This document shows, one piece after another, positions 39,591 to 49,279 of a DNA stretch of 64,000 bases; positions within the stretch are counted from its first letter, which is position 1; each line of letters begins with the position of its first letter. This DNA comes from Crenarchaeota archaeon 13_1_40CM_3_52_17 (lineage in GTDB: Archaea; Thermoproteota; Bathyarchaeia; 40CM-2-53-6). The position numbers and the translations under genes were made by a program. A model generated the notes under the pieces. It searched no databases. It was not told the DNA's origin and was given only the letters and a program-made list of their open reading frames with translations. The stretch covers positions 2,435 to 66,434 of the forward strand of contig MNGN01000053.1 of assembly GCA_001918745.1 (NCBI GenBank), given 5' to 3'.

Positions 39591-40775
39591 CTAGCGGTAT
39601 GCTTCGAAGTCTGGTCCGAGGAGGTTTACCGCGATCTTCTGTACCATGATCTCGTCTGTGCCTTCATAGATCCGACAAACCCTAGTGTCGACTAGGTGTC
39701 TGGGTGCCCGTGTTTCAAAACTGTATCCGCTCGAGCCGAATATCTGAACAGTTCTGTCGGCAGCATCAAACGATGCGTTAGAAGCGAAGTATTTTGCTTG
39801 GGCTATGGTAATGTCGGCATGTTCCCGGAGTTCTTTGTTTTCAGGCTGTTCGTCGCTATGTTGCTTGAGTAGTGCAGCTTTGTAAACGAGGTTCTTGGCC
39901 GCCTCCTGATTCGTCGACATGATTCCAATGTGGCGTTGAACGAGCTGGTGCTTGCCGATCGGTTTGCCGTGTTGCATTCGTAGCTTTGAGTATGTGACCG
40001 ATTCCGTGATGCAGTCTTCGATGACACCCAAACACCCTGCGGCAACACTGAGTCTACCACTCATCAGCCCAGAGTAGGCGATTCCGAGACCCTTTCCAGG
40101 GGGGCCGAGCAAATTCTCCTTGGGTACTCTGCAGTTGTCCAGGAAGATTGAGCCAGTGTCTGACGTTGGCATTCCTAGCTTGTGTTTCTGTTGTTGCGCT
40201 GAGTAGCCTTCGAATGCTTTCTCAACTATGAACGCACACATACCATCATGTTTGCCCTTTGGGTATGCGAATACGACTGACGTGTCTGCTATACTGCCGT
40301 TAGAGATCCAAGCCTTGCTTCCATTCAAGATGAAATGAGTTCCTTTGTCCTCAAACGAAGTTCGGAGGGAGGTGGGATCGCTCCCCGCTGTGGGCTCGGT
40401 CAGCCCAAAACACATTACTCGTTCTCCTCTCGTCGCTGGGGGAAGATAGCGCTGCTTCTGATCCTCACTGCCCCACTTCTGAACCGTCAACTGGCCTAGT
40501 GAGATGTGCCCGGACAAAAACGTTCGGACCCCAGTTCCTTCCCGGCCGATTCTCTCCAAAGCAAGGGCATATGTGAGAATGTCCGCTCCCTGGCCCTCAC
40601 CATACCGTCTCGATATTGGAAGCCCGAGGAGTTGGGCTTTCTTGAAAATGGGAACAAGATGTTCGTTGAACCTGCTCGCTAAGTAAGCCTGGTCTTCTAA
40701 CGGGCGGAGCTCCCGGCAAGCCCGGTCAACTTCGTCTAGGACAAGCTTCTGTTCCTCTGAAACGTCGAAATTCAT
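39591..40775 (-). CDS. acyl-CoA dehydrogenase
   Basis: FGLTEPTAGSD, LNGSKAWISNG, R.QHGKPI, QIFGSSGY, IYEGTDEI; likely ATG at 40775. Confidence 0.93.
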   Translation of the reverse strand: MNFDVSEEQKLVLDEVDRACRELRPLEDQAYLASRFNEHLVPIFKKAQLLGLPISRRYGEGQGADILTYALALERIGREGTGVRTFLSGHISLGQLTVQKWGSEDQKQRYLPPATRGERVMCFGLTEPTAGSDPTSLRTSFEDKGTHFILNGSKAWISNGSIADTSVVFAYPKGKHDGMCAFIVEKAFEGYSAQQQKHKLGMPTSDTGSIFLDNCRVPKENLLGPPGKGLGIAYSGLMSGRLSVAAGCLGVIEDCITESVTYSKLRMQHGKPIGKHQLVQRHIGIMSTNQEAAKNLVYKAALLKQHSDEQPENKELREHADITIAQAKYFASNASFDAADRTVQIFGSSGYSFETRAPRHLVDTRVCRIYEGTDEIMVQKIAVNLLGPDFEAYR

Positions 40776-40875
40776 CTTGGAGAGATCTTCAGTGCCTGAG
40801 TCTACGCTCGCTTTCAATCGAAACGAACTCTCGTTACTCTCGTCCTTAATGTCAGTTTTGTCAAAAGAGATCACC

Positions 40876-41261
40876 GTAAAGTCTTCAGTTGATGCGTAGC
40901 AATAGTTTTCGCAATCTCTAGCGGATATCAGTTAGGGACATACTATGATTGTTAGGCGGTTCGTCGTATGAGCCTGTTACGCTGGGATGAGGGGAGTGAC
41001 TCCGACCAGGTGACGTGTCTGTGGGATAACGCGTTGGTTGGCCACCGCAAAATCCTTGCCTGGCAATGGGCCAAGCTACCACGCTACAGGCGTGAGGGGG
41101 CGGTTGAGGTTCGACCGTTCCCTGCCAAGAAGAGACTACTCGTCTCTGAGGCGCAAGGGCTCTCAGGTGAAGCAGTGAAGGGGAACCCGCCGACGACGGT
41201 AATCCCCGGAGTCGATGAGAGCAAGCCGAGTGCAAAAACATACCGAACACTAGGCAGAACC
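40876..41261 (+). mobile_element. degenerate TnpB-family non-autonomous remnant retaining the omega-RNA-like 3' end
   Basis: AGGTGAAGCAGTGAAGGGGAACCC...ATCCCCGGAGTCGATG...CAGAACC matches the 3' ends of the two tnpB elements. Confidence 0.65.
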
Positions 41262-41311
41262 TCAAAACGTTATATCACCGGCCAAATGTTTCCGTTTGCG
41301 CGACACTCGCT

Positions 41312-41476
41312 TTGCCAATTCAAGTTGATGAAGAGGACATCCCTTTCTTTGCCGAAGTAATAGCAGGTGGAAGGATAACGATCCCTGAAGAGATTCGGAA
41401 AATCTTCGGAGTCAAAGACGGTGACCATGTCATGTGCAGAGTAAGGCTCGTAAAGCGAGCTGAAGACGTCAAATAA
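41312..41476 (+). CDS. AbrB/MazE/SpoVT family DNA-binding protein (54 aa, below ORF-track cutoff)
   Basis: MPIQVDEEDIPFFAEVIAGGRITIPEEIRKIFGVKDGDHV. Confidence 0.82.
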   Translation: MPIQVDEEDIPFFAEVIAGGRITIPEEIRKIFGVKDGDHVMCRVRLVKRAEDVK

Positions 41477-41570
41477 CGCTCTATTTGGGCCCGCGCGGGC
41501 CCCTGCGTGGATTCCTATTTCTGACAATCTTAAATAACATCGCTAGGCTCCGCTCTTCTCAGAGCCCTAG

Positions 41571-42596
41571 TTGACACTGGCCGTCTCCGATCCTACGAGA
41601 ATAATTGACGGCTTTCAGGATAAGACAATCTTGGTCTTGGGGGACCTGATGGTCGACCGTTATGTTCGTTCTCAAGGCCGAAAACTCTCGAGAGAAGCAC
41701 CTGTCCCTGTAGCGGATTTTGTCTCCGAGGAACTTGTGCTCGGAGGTGCTGCGAACCTGGCCAACAACCTGGTCGCGCTCGGGGCGAAAGTTCGGTTGCT
41801 GGGCGTCGTGGGAAATGATGAGCCAGGAAAGTGGATCCAAGAAGAGCTTGAGAAGAAGGGGGTTGACATCTCAGGCACCGTTGTGAATAGCCGCCCGACA
41901 AGCCTGAAAACCCGATTTATTCTGAACCATCGCCAGTACCTGAGGATTGACAAGGAATCACGGACTGACGTTGAGTCGCATGTGACGAAACAATTCCTCT
42001 ACTCTCTAGACGATCTCCTGGAGAACGCGGACGGCGTCGTCTTCTCCGACTACGATAAGGGCGTCATAACTCCCGAACTCATAAGCAATGTCGTCGAAGA
42101 GTGCCGAGTCCAAGAGAAAAAAATCGTCGCTCAGCCAAAGGTTCGGCATTACCTCGACTACGTCGGGGTTTCAATGGTGAAGTCCAACGTGCGCGAGGCC
42201 ACGATAGCAACTGGCGTTTCCATGGTCAATGATACCTCGCTGAGAAACATGGGCCACAACCTCATGACGCGGCTGGAGTGTGGGAGCCTCCTCCTCACTC
42301 GAAGCGAACAAGGGATGATTCTCTTTGAGAAGAAGAATATCACGAGTTTTCCGCCTTTCAAGGGTCCCAAGCCCGGATTCAACGCCGTCGGTGTAAGAGA
42401 TTGTATGACCGCCGTACTTGCCATGTCAATCGTCAGTGAGGCGCCGATCGGAGAGGCTGTATTGCTCGCCGGACTTGCAGCAGCGCAGCACGCGGATAAT
42501 CTTGGTACTGTCGTTGTAGACCTGAACGATCTTAGATCTCAAGCTAGTACAACACTTGAGCTTGCAGAACAGATAGTTCAGGTTCCGGTCCACTGA
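41571..42596 (+). CDS. PfkB-family kinase similar to HldE/RfaE domain I
   Basis: VLGDLMVDRY, SREAPVPV, GGAANLANN, SDYDKG, TRSEQGM. Confidence 0.82.
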   Translation: MTLAVSDPTRIIDGFQDKTILVLGDLMVDRYVRSQGRKLSREAPVPVADFVSEELVLGGAANLANNLVALGAKVRLLGVVGNDEPGKWIQEELEKKGVDISGTVVNSRPTSLKTRFILNHRQYLRIDKESRTDVESHVTKQFLYSLDDLLENADGVVFSDYDKGVITPELISNVVEECRVQEKKIVAQPKVRHYLDYVGVSMVKSNVREATIATGVSMVNDTSLRNMGHNLMTRLECGSLLLTRSEQGMILFEKKNITSFPPFKGPKPGFNAVGVRDCMTAVLAMSIVSEAPIGEAVLLAGLAAAQHADNLGTVVVDLNDLRSQASTTLELAEQIVQVPVH

Positions 42597-42598
42597 TC

Positions 42599-43426
42599 AT
42601 GGAAGAGCAGTCGATCCCTATCGGTATGCTTCTGCAGAAAGCGGCTAAGATCCGAGCTCACATTCTTGAGATGGTGGCGGAGGCAAAGTCAGGTCATCCA
42701 GGCGGAAGCCTCTCAGCTGTCGAAATTCTTGTCTCTCTCTTCTTTTACAAGATGCGTCATGACCCTAAGCGTCCAGATTGGCCCGACCGTGACAGATTCG
42801 TTCTGTCGAAGGGGCACGCTGCCCCAGTCCTGTATTCGACCCTCGCTGAGGCTGGGTATCTTCCAACTAGCGAACTGAAGACTCTTAGGAAGATCAATAG
42901 CCGTCTGCAAGGACATCCTGATCATAGAGTTCCCGGCGTAGAGTTTCCTGGAGGCTCCCTGGGAATCGGTCTTTCGGCCGCTATCGGCATGGCTCTCGCC
43001 GGAAAGGTGGACAAGAAGGAATATCGAGTCTACGCGCTCCTCGGCGACGGAGAGCTTGATGAGGGAGAGACCTGGGAGGCGGCGATGGCTGCGCCGAAAT
43101 TCAAACTTGACAATCTAACCGCGATCGTGGACCGGAACGGGATTCAGCAAGACGGTCTAACCGAACAAATCATGCCGATGGAACCTGTAGGATACAAGTG
43201 GAAGGCGTTCAATTGGCATGTCCTGGAGGTAGACGGTTTCGACTTTCGTCAAGTAATCGACGCCTTGGAAAAAGCGGAAAGCATGAGAAACAGACCGACC
43301 GTGATCATCGCCCATACCATCAAAGGGAAAGGAGTCTCCTTCATGGAATGGGACCCTGCATACCACGGTAAAGCACCAGACAAGGACACTGTCCGTAAGC
43401 TCGTAAAGACGATGTTGGAAGAATGA
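42599..43426 (+). CDS. transketolase N-terminal (TPP-binding) subunit
   Basis: GHPGGSLS, RDRFVLSKGH, LQGHP, GDGELDEG..WEA. Confidence 0.95.
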   Translation: MEEQSIPIGMLLQKAAKIRAHILEMVAEAKSGHPGGSLSAVEILVSLFFYKMRHDPKRPDWPDRDRFVLSKGHAAPVLYSTLAEAGYLPTSELKTLRKINSRLQGHPDHRVPGVEFPGGSLGIGLSAAIGMALAGKVDKKEYRVYALLGDGELDEGETWEAAMAAPKFKLDNLTAIVDRNGIQQDGLTEQIMPMEPVGYKWKAFNWHVLEVDGFDFRQVIDALEKAESMRNRPTVIIAHTIKGKGVSFMEWDPAYHGKAPDKDTVRKLVKTMLEE

Positions 43427-44109
43427 GCGGAGTCAAAATCGCACCCTCGATTCTTGCGGCTGACCATTCAGACCTGAAGGGTGAGATCGGGAGAGTGGAG
43501 GAAGCAGGCGCAGACATGATTCACGTAGACGTTACAGATGGACACTTCGCTCCCAACATAAGTCTGGGTCCAGACACTGTCAGGGCTATTCGCAAAGTGA
43601 CAAGACTCCCGCTCGACATTCACTTGATGATTACAAACCCGGAAAAATTCTACGAGCCCTTTCTCTCCGCAGGTGGCGACATCATAACGGTGCATGCAGA
43701 GGCTGCCGGCCGCTTGCTTCTTCACAAGTTGTCAAAGGAGATTCATCAGAAGGACAAGAAATTGGGTCTTGCGCTGAAGCCGTCCACGTCTATTCCATCT
43801 TGGCTAAGCAGAGAAACGACCCCCTTTGACGTTGTTCTCATCCTTTCTGTCAACCCGGGATTCCCGGGTCAAGCGTTCATGCAGAGCGTTCTGCCCAAAG
43901 TAAGGAAAATCGCAAAGCTAGCTGACTCAGGAGGATTAGATGTGGAAGTTGACGGGGGAGTGGACCAGGAGAACGCATCGACAATAGTTGAGGCAGGAGC
44001 TACCATATTGGTAGCGGGAGCCTCCATCTTTCGGAAAGGTGATGTTAAATCCGCTCTCCAAAACATGAGAGCCGTCACTCAAAGGACTAGAAGAGAGGTT
44101 CCAGCATAA
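43423..44109 (+). CDS. rpe: ribulose-phosphate 3-epimerase
   Basis: IAPSILAAD, HVDVTDGHFAPN, DIHLMI, SVNPGF, VDGG. Confidence 0.96.
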   Translation: MSGVKIAPSILAADHSDLKGEIGRVEEAGADMIHVDVTDGHFAPNISLGPDTVRAIRKVTRLPLDIHLMITNPEKFYEPFLSAGGDIITVHAEAAGRLLLHKLSKEIHQKDKKLGLALKPSTSIPSWLSRETTPFDVVLILSVNPGFPGQAFMQSVLPKVRKIAKLADSGGLDVEVDGGVDQENASTIVEAGATILVAGASIFRKGDVKSALQNMRAVTQRTRREVPA

Positions 44110-45050
44110 TGCTCGTCCAGCTAGCTTCAATGCGTGATGCGTACGCTGAGGTTCTACTAGAGCTAGGTCAAGAAGACCCTAGAGTCGTTGTTCTGGGCGC
44201 GGACACGTCCGTATCCATTAAGACCAGCTTGTTTGGAGATCGTTACCCCGATCGATTCTTCAATGTCGGAATTGCCGAGGCCAACATGATGGGCATTGCG
44301 GCAGGGCTCGCGCTTGCCGGGAAGATACCCTTTGTCACAACCTACGCAGCGTTCGTGCCCGGTAAATGCCTAGACCAGATTCGCAACGCAATCGCCTATC
44401 CCAATCTCAACGTGAAGATCGTCTCATCCCATGGCGGACTGACAGTTGGGCCAGATGGTGCGTCCCATCAAACGATAGAAGATGTAGCAACGATGAGAGC
44501 TGTACCCCGAATGCACGTTGTCGTCCCCGCCGACGCTCCCTCTACCAAATCCTTGGTTGCCCAGGCATGCAGGACCCTCGGTCCCTTCTACATCCGTCTC
44601 AGTAGGCCAAGCGTTCCCACGATTTACTCGGCGTCCAAAGATGTTGAGGTCGGAAAAGCCAAGATGCTGAGGGAAGGATCCGACATTGGCATCATAGCCT
44701 GTGGCATAATGGTTAACGAGGCAATGGAGGCCGCTGAAACCCTCTCGAAGACAGGCATCTCAGCGGAGGTTGTTGACTCCCACACTGTGAAGCCCCTGGA
44801 TTCCGAGACAATTGTTCGAGTTGCAAGGAAGACTGGTGCGCTTGTAACTGCTGAGGAGCAGAATGTGATCGGTGGCTTAGGTGGAGCGGTTGCCGAGGCC
44901 ATTACTGAATCACATCCGGTTCCCATCTCGAGAGTTGGAGTCAGGGATACTTTCGGAGAGTCAGGTGAACACCAAGAACTCATGGTCAAGTACGGTCTGA
45001 CATCAAAGGAAATAGCTCGTGCCGCAAAACAGCTAATCAAATCTAGGTGA
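44109..45050 (+). CDS. transketolase C-terminal subunit
   Basis: NVGIAEANM, GPDGASHQ, TVKPLD, GGLG. Confidence 0.95.
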   Translation: MLVQLASMRDAYAEVLLELGQEDPRVVVLGADTSVSIKTSLFGDRYPDRFFNVGIAEANMMGIAAGLALAGKIPFVTTYAAFVPGKCLDQIRNAIAYPNLNVKIVSSHGGLTVGPDGASHQTIEDVATMRAVPRMHVVVPADAPSTKSLVAQACRTLGPFYIRLSRPSVPTIYSASKDVEVGKAKMLREGSDIGIIACGIMVNEAMEAAETLSKTGISAEVVDSHTVKPLDSETIVRVARKTGALVTAEEQNVIGGLGGAVAEAITESHPVPISRVGVRDTFGESGEHQELMVKYGLTSKEIARAAKQLIKSR

Positions 45051-45057
45051 TGGATTC

Positions 45058-45762
45058 TTGAAGATATTCCTTGATACCGCCAATGTCTCTTCGATCAAAA
45101 CCTTCGCCGACATGGGAGTGCTTGACGGAATCACCACCAATCCAACTCTCATTGCAAAGGAAAACAGAGACTTTCTGGAGCTCGTATCGGAAATTCTCCA
45201 GATCGTCCAGGGTCCGATCAACCTTGAGGTAGTGAGCCAAACTACTGACGGAATGCTACATGAAGCTCATAATCTGGTATCCTTAAGCCCGAATGTGGTC
45301 GTCAAGTGCCCGATGACGAGTGCTGGTTTGGTAGCGGTCAAGGCGCTGAGCAAAGAAGGAATCAACACAAACGTCACGCTCGTTTTCTCGCCTAATCAGG
45401 CTCTACTCGCAGCAAAGGCAGGAGCGACATACGTTAGTCCGTTCATCGGCCGCCTGGACGATGCGGGACATGAGGGGATGAAGGTGATTGAGGATACGTT
45501 GCAGATATACCGAAATTACGAAATGGAAACCCAAGTCCTAGTGGCAAGTATTCGCCACCCTGTCCACGTCCTTGATGCCGCAAAGCTAGGGGCCCATGTT
45601 GCGACAATGCCACCTGAAGTTCTCGAAAAAATGGTGAAACATCCGCTAACAGACATTGGTCTGAAGCGTTTTCTGGACGACTGGCAGAAGGCTGGTTTGA
45701 AACTTCCCGAACGCGGGACTCTTGCCGCTAAGGCGAGACCGCTTGTTCAGCGCGCTCAATAG
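45058..45762 (+). CDS. tal: transaldolase (TalC/FSA family)
   Basis: FLDTAN, GITTNP, VVKCP, NVTLVFS, SPFIGRLDD, HPLT. Confidence 0.93.
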   Translation: MKIFLDTANVSSIKTFADMGVLDGITTNPTLIAKENRDFLELVSEILQIVQGPINLEVVSQTTDGMLHEAHNLVSLSPNVVVKCPMTSAGLVAVKALSKEGINTNVTLVFSPNQALLAAKAGATYVSPFIGRLDDAGHEGMKVIEDTLQIYRNYEMETQVLVASIRHPVHVLDAAKLGAHVATMPPEVLEKMVKHPLTDIGLKRFLDDWQKAGLKLPERGTLAAKARPLVQRAQ

Positions 45763-45861
45763 AGCCAAAGCTTTCAGCCCGTTGGGTAGCACAGAGATTC
45801 CCTGAATGTGTGCTCAGCGTTAGCCTTTTGAGGAACCTGTGATTGCTCTCGCTGTTACCCT

Positions 45862-47529
45862 TTGACTAAGTACGTCTTTGTCACGGGCGGCGTAATGTCT
45901 GGAATAGGCAAGGGGGTTATCGCCGCTTCTATCGGGAAAATAATTCAGGTCCGTGGATTCGAAGTTACCGCTGTAAAAATTGACCCTTACCTCAACTACG
46001 ACGCGGGAACTATGAATCCCTACATTCACGGCGAGGTCTTCGTCACAGAAGACGGAGGAGAGACGGACATGGACGTAGGGACATACGAAAGGTTCCTAGA
46101 TATCAATGTCCCCAAGAATCACAACATAACGACCGGGCAAGTGTATTTCTCAGTAATCGAGAGAGAACGGAAGGGGGACTTTCTCGGCAAATGCGTCCAA
46201 ATCATACCCCACATAACGGATGAGATCAAGGATAGGCTCCGTCTGATTCCCAAGGAAGAAGGAGTAGACCTTGTGTTGGTCGAAATAGGTGGAACTGTTG
46301 GTGACATCGAATCTTTACCGTACTTGGAGGCTGCACGTCAGCTTCGTCTTGAAGAGGGCAGCGAGAACGTTCTGAATGTTCACGTTACTCTTGTTCCTGT
46401 ATTGGATGTAGTTGGGGAGCAGAAGACCAAGCCTACACAACATAGCGTCCAAGAGCTCCGCCGAATCGGAGTGCAGCCTGACATCATCGTTGCAAGAAGC
46501 AAGGCACCCCTCAACCAAGAACCGAGGCGAAAGATTGCCCTCTTTTGCAACGTAGAGGAGTCTGCTGTATTCACCTCTCAAGATATGGACAGTATCTATC
46601 AATCCCCTCTTCTCTTGGACCAGCAAGGGCTCGGCACATTCATCACGTATCGTCTTAGGTTGCCCGGGAACCCGCCAAAGTGGAATTCGTGGGAAAAAAT
46701 GCTTGAAGACCATCTGTTGCAAACTAAGCAAGCCAATGTAGCAATTTGCGGGAAGTATGCAGAACTCGCTGATTGTTACGTAAGCGTCAACGACGCACTC
46801 AAGGATGCAGGAGCATCCGCGGGTGCCAAGGTCAACATAGAATGGATTGAAACTGACGACTTCGAGAAACAGCCGGAAAGGGTCAGGCTCCTGTCACGGT
46901 TCGACGGAGTCTTGGTACCGGGAGGATTCGGTGCGAGGGGTGCGGAAGGGAAGATTCTAGCCGTAGAATATTCCCGTTCGCATGACATTCCGTTCTTGGG
47001 CATATGCTTTGGGTTCCAACTAGCCGTTGTCGAGTATGCAAGACACATCGGGGTCGTTGATGCCGCAAGCTCTGAGCTCAACCCGCGATCAAAGAACTCC
47101 GTCATTGATTTGATGCCAGAACAGAATGGTGTATCAGAAAAGGGCGGCACGATGAGGCTTGGCGCCCATGAGATCGCCGTTGACGAAGGGACAATTGCCT
47201 ATTCCCTTTACGGAAAGGGAAAAATCTGGGAACGACACCGCCATAGATACGAAGTTAACCCGAAGTACATTCCCGAACTCACATCCAAACAATTAAGATT
47301 CTCTGGAAGAAGCGATGCTAATCGAAGGATGGAGATTCTTGAAGTTCCATCCAACAGATTCCACTTTGCAACACAGTTCCATGCAGAATTCAAATCGAGG
47401 CCTGCCCGTCCATCGCCACCTTATTTCGGATTCATTCAAGCAGCCTTAGGATCGAAGGGAATTCCAGTGGAAACTGGTCCAGTGATCGCGAATCAGACAG
47501 TTCAGGTGAACCGGCGTGCAAAACGCTAG
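45862..47529 (+). CDS. pyrG: CTP synthase
   Basis: [43 protein letters not shown]. Confidence 0.97.
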   Translation: MTKYVFVTGGVMSGIGKGVIAASIGKIIQVRGFEVTAVKIDPYLNYDAGTMNPYIHGEVFVTEDGGETDMDVGTYERFLDINVPKNHNITTGQVYFSVIERERKGDFLGKCVQIIPHITDEIKDRLRLIPKEEGVDLVLVEIGGTVGDIESLPYLEAARQLRLEEGSENVLNVHVTLVPVLDVVGEQKTKPTQHSVQELRRIGVQPDIIVARSKAPLNQEPRRKIALFCNVEESAVFTSQDMDSIYQSPLLLDQQGLGTFITYRLRLPGNPPKWNSWEKMLEDHLLQTKQANVAICGKYAELADCYVSVNDALKDAGASAGAKVNIEWIETDDFEKQPERVRLLSRFDGVLVPGGFGARGAEGKILAVEYSRSHDIPFLGICFGFQLAVVEYARHIGVVDAASSELNPRSKNSVIDLMPEQNGVSEKGGTMRLGAHEIAVDEGTIAYSLYGKGKIWERHRHRYEVNPKYIPELTSKQLRFSGRSDANRRMEILEVPSNRFHFATQFHAEFKSRPARPSPPYFGFIQAALGSKGIPVETGPVIANQTVQVNRRAKR

Positions 47530-48127
47530 CGAAATGCCTCAACCCAGAACTGTGAGTGGTAGACGAACTCCAGTAGTAACCATGAGTCTATCGGCAGTCG
47601 CCATTGTCATGGTTTTCCTGTCAACCCTCCTATTTCAACTTCCTATTCCATCAACCAACGGTTACTTTAACTTCGGAGATATCATGATCTTCATCTTCGC
47701 CTTCACCTTTGGCCCGGTAATTGGAGGCATCTCAGGCGCAGTTGGTTCTTCTCTTTCAGACGCCTTGGGTGGCTTCGGTACGTTTGCTCCCTTTACCTTT
47801 GCCATCAAGGGGCTGGAAGGACTCCTCGCAGGATTAGTTTCTCAGAGGCAATTCAGAGGACGGGTGATATTGGGTTGGATTGCTGGCAGCCTGGTCATGG
47901 TTGTAGGATACTTCCTGGCTGAGTCGTTCCTCATCTCACTGGTATTCGGCTCATCAGAATTTACTGGGATAGTCGCGGCTTCGGGAGAGTTGCCGCTTAA
48001 CATTCTTCAGGTCGTTGCAGGAGGTTTGGTAGGGATACCACTTTCACTGACTCTAAAGCGCCTGCTCAAGCAGACCCCATACTATTACAAACTTATGGGA
48101 ACTGCAACGTCCGACAAGAAGATCTGA
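47516..48127 (+). CDS. ECF transporter S-component
   Basis: IPSTNGYFNFGD, GSSLSD, APFTFAIKGLEG, VGYFLAE, NILQ. Confidence 0.85.
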   Translation: MQNASEMPQPRTVSGRRTPVVTMSLSAVAIVMVFLSTLLFQLPIPSTNGYFNFGDIMIFIFAFTFGPVIGGISGAVGSSLSDALGGFGTFAPFTFAIKGLEGLLAGLVSQRQFRGRVILGWIAGSLVMVVGYFLAESFLISLVFGSSEFTGIVAASGELPLNILQVVAGGLVGIPLSLTLKRLLKQTPYYYKLMGTATSDKKI

Positions 48128-48134
48128 AGCCAGC

Positions 48135-48374
48135 CTACGGTGTAGGCTCGCTTACGCAGATATAGAGGACGTTGCTGCCTCTAACGATAAGACTGCCGAA
48201 GTTCGTGGATGGGTCTCCTCCTCGGTATTCTCGTGCCCCATCGAGGATGATGTTCATATGGCTGTCACAATCGATCATTTTGCCTCTGTACTCGGCGTCA
48301 TTCTTCAGTCTGACCGATACGTCCGCTTGTAGCTTTCGAACGAGTAGGTTCAGTGGCTTTCTTGAAGGTTCCAA
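48135..48374 (-). CDS. Sm/Lsm RNA-binding protein
   Basis: VRLKN..YRG.M...DSHMNIIL, IVRGSNV. Confidence 0.92.
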   Translation of the reverse strand: MEPSRKPLNLLVRKLQADVSVRLKNDAEYRGKMIDCDSHMNIILDGAREYRGGDPSTNFGSLIVRGSNVLYICVSEPTP

Positions 48375-48472
48375 TTGGCGCCTTGTGCGGACGACTCACC
48401 GCAGGGCATAAAAACTCTTGGATAAGACGAATGATCAGAACAGATCGGAAGAAATGGTGTTGAGTGGAGGAC

Positions 48473-48622
48473 TTATTCTTCTGACTCGGAATTCTCTCTA
48501 GCCATCATTTTCTGAGTGTGTTGCTCTTTCCTGAACTCGGATTTGAGTTTACCGCATCTGATACAACGAGTCATAGGGCCTCTTCCCCGCCATTGGTGGG
48601 AACATCCTGCCATTATTGTCAT
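48473..48622 (-). CDS. putative zinc-finger microprotein (49 aa)
   Basis: MTIMAGCSHQWRGRGPMTRCIRCGKLKSEFRKEQ...; co-oriented with neighbours. Confidence 0.55.
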   Translation of the reverse strand: MTIMAGCSHQWRGRGPMTRCIRCGKLKSEFRKEQHTQKMMARENSESEE

Positions 48623-48646
48623 TACGAAAGAGGGTGCGGGTTATTC

Positions 48647-49225
48647 TTAAACTAGAGCCGAGGATTCGGAAGATGCCATGACTCGATGTTTAGCCCCGTC
48701 GAGCAAGTAAAGTCGTTCTCTGTTCGAGAAAGAGGCAACGAGTTCGAGTTTTGTTTCGTCTGGTTGTTTCCAAGAGGTCTGATCTTTGTCGTCGAAAATC
48801 GTCATGATTAACGTGGCGTCTTTGGTTGCGATTCTCGAGAGTTCGTTGAAGTGTTTCTCAGAAACTGAGCCTGATTCCGTCATTGAGACTGACGTGACTC
48901 CGTCGGCAACCTGATCTTGGAAGGGCAGATGTGAGGCGTCTGCCCGAACGAGCTGGATCCCAGTGTTTGTTGTTCTATGCTTTGCTTTGATCAGCATCTG
49001 ACTGGAAAGATCGACTCCCAAGCTAACTTGACCTTGTGAGCAGATCAGCCCAAGTAGTTTGCCTGTTCCGCATCCAACGTCGACGATTAGCTTGAACGCT
49101 TTGTTGTGAAGAAGCTGCAATACCTTCGCGTGCTTCTTGCCTTGCTCCTCGCTGTAGAGCTCGTCGTAATTCTTGGATAGGGCATCGTACCATTTCGCAA
49201 GAGTTTCTGTGTCCTTCGCGGGCAA
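48647..49225 (-). CDS. class I SAM-dependent methyltransferase
   Basis: YDELY.EEQ.KK, VDVGCGTG, GVDLS, ADA.HLPF. Confidence 0.88.
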   Translation of the reverse strand: MPAKDTETLAKWYDALSKNYDELYSEEQGKKHAKVLQLLHNKAFKLIVDVGCGTGKLLGLICSQGQVSLGVDLSSQMLIKAKHRTTNTGIQLVRADASHLPFQDQVADGVTSVSMTESGSVSEKHFNELSRIATKDATLIMTIFDDKDQTSWKQPDETKLELVASFSNRERLYLLDGAKHRVMASSESSALV

Positions 49226-49279
49226 AGCTATGTCGATATATTGCTCCCTTGATGCATTGAACCTTTCGGGGATGTCAAG

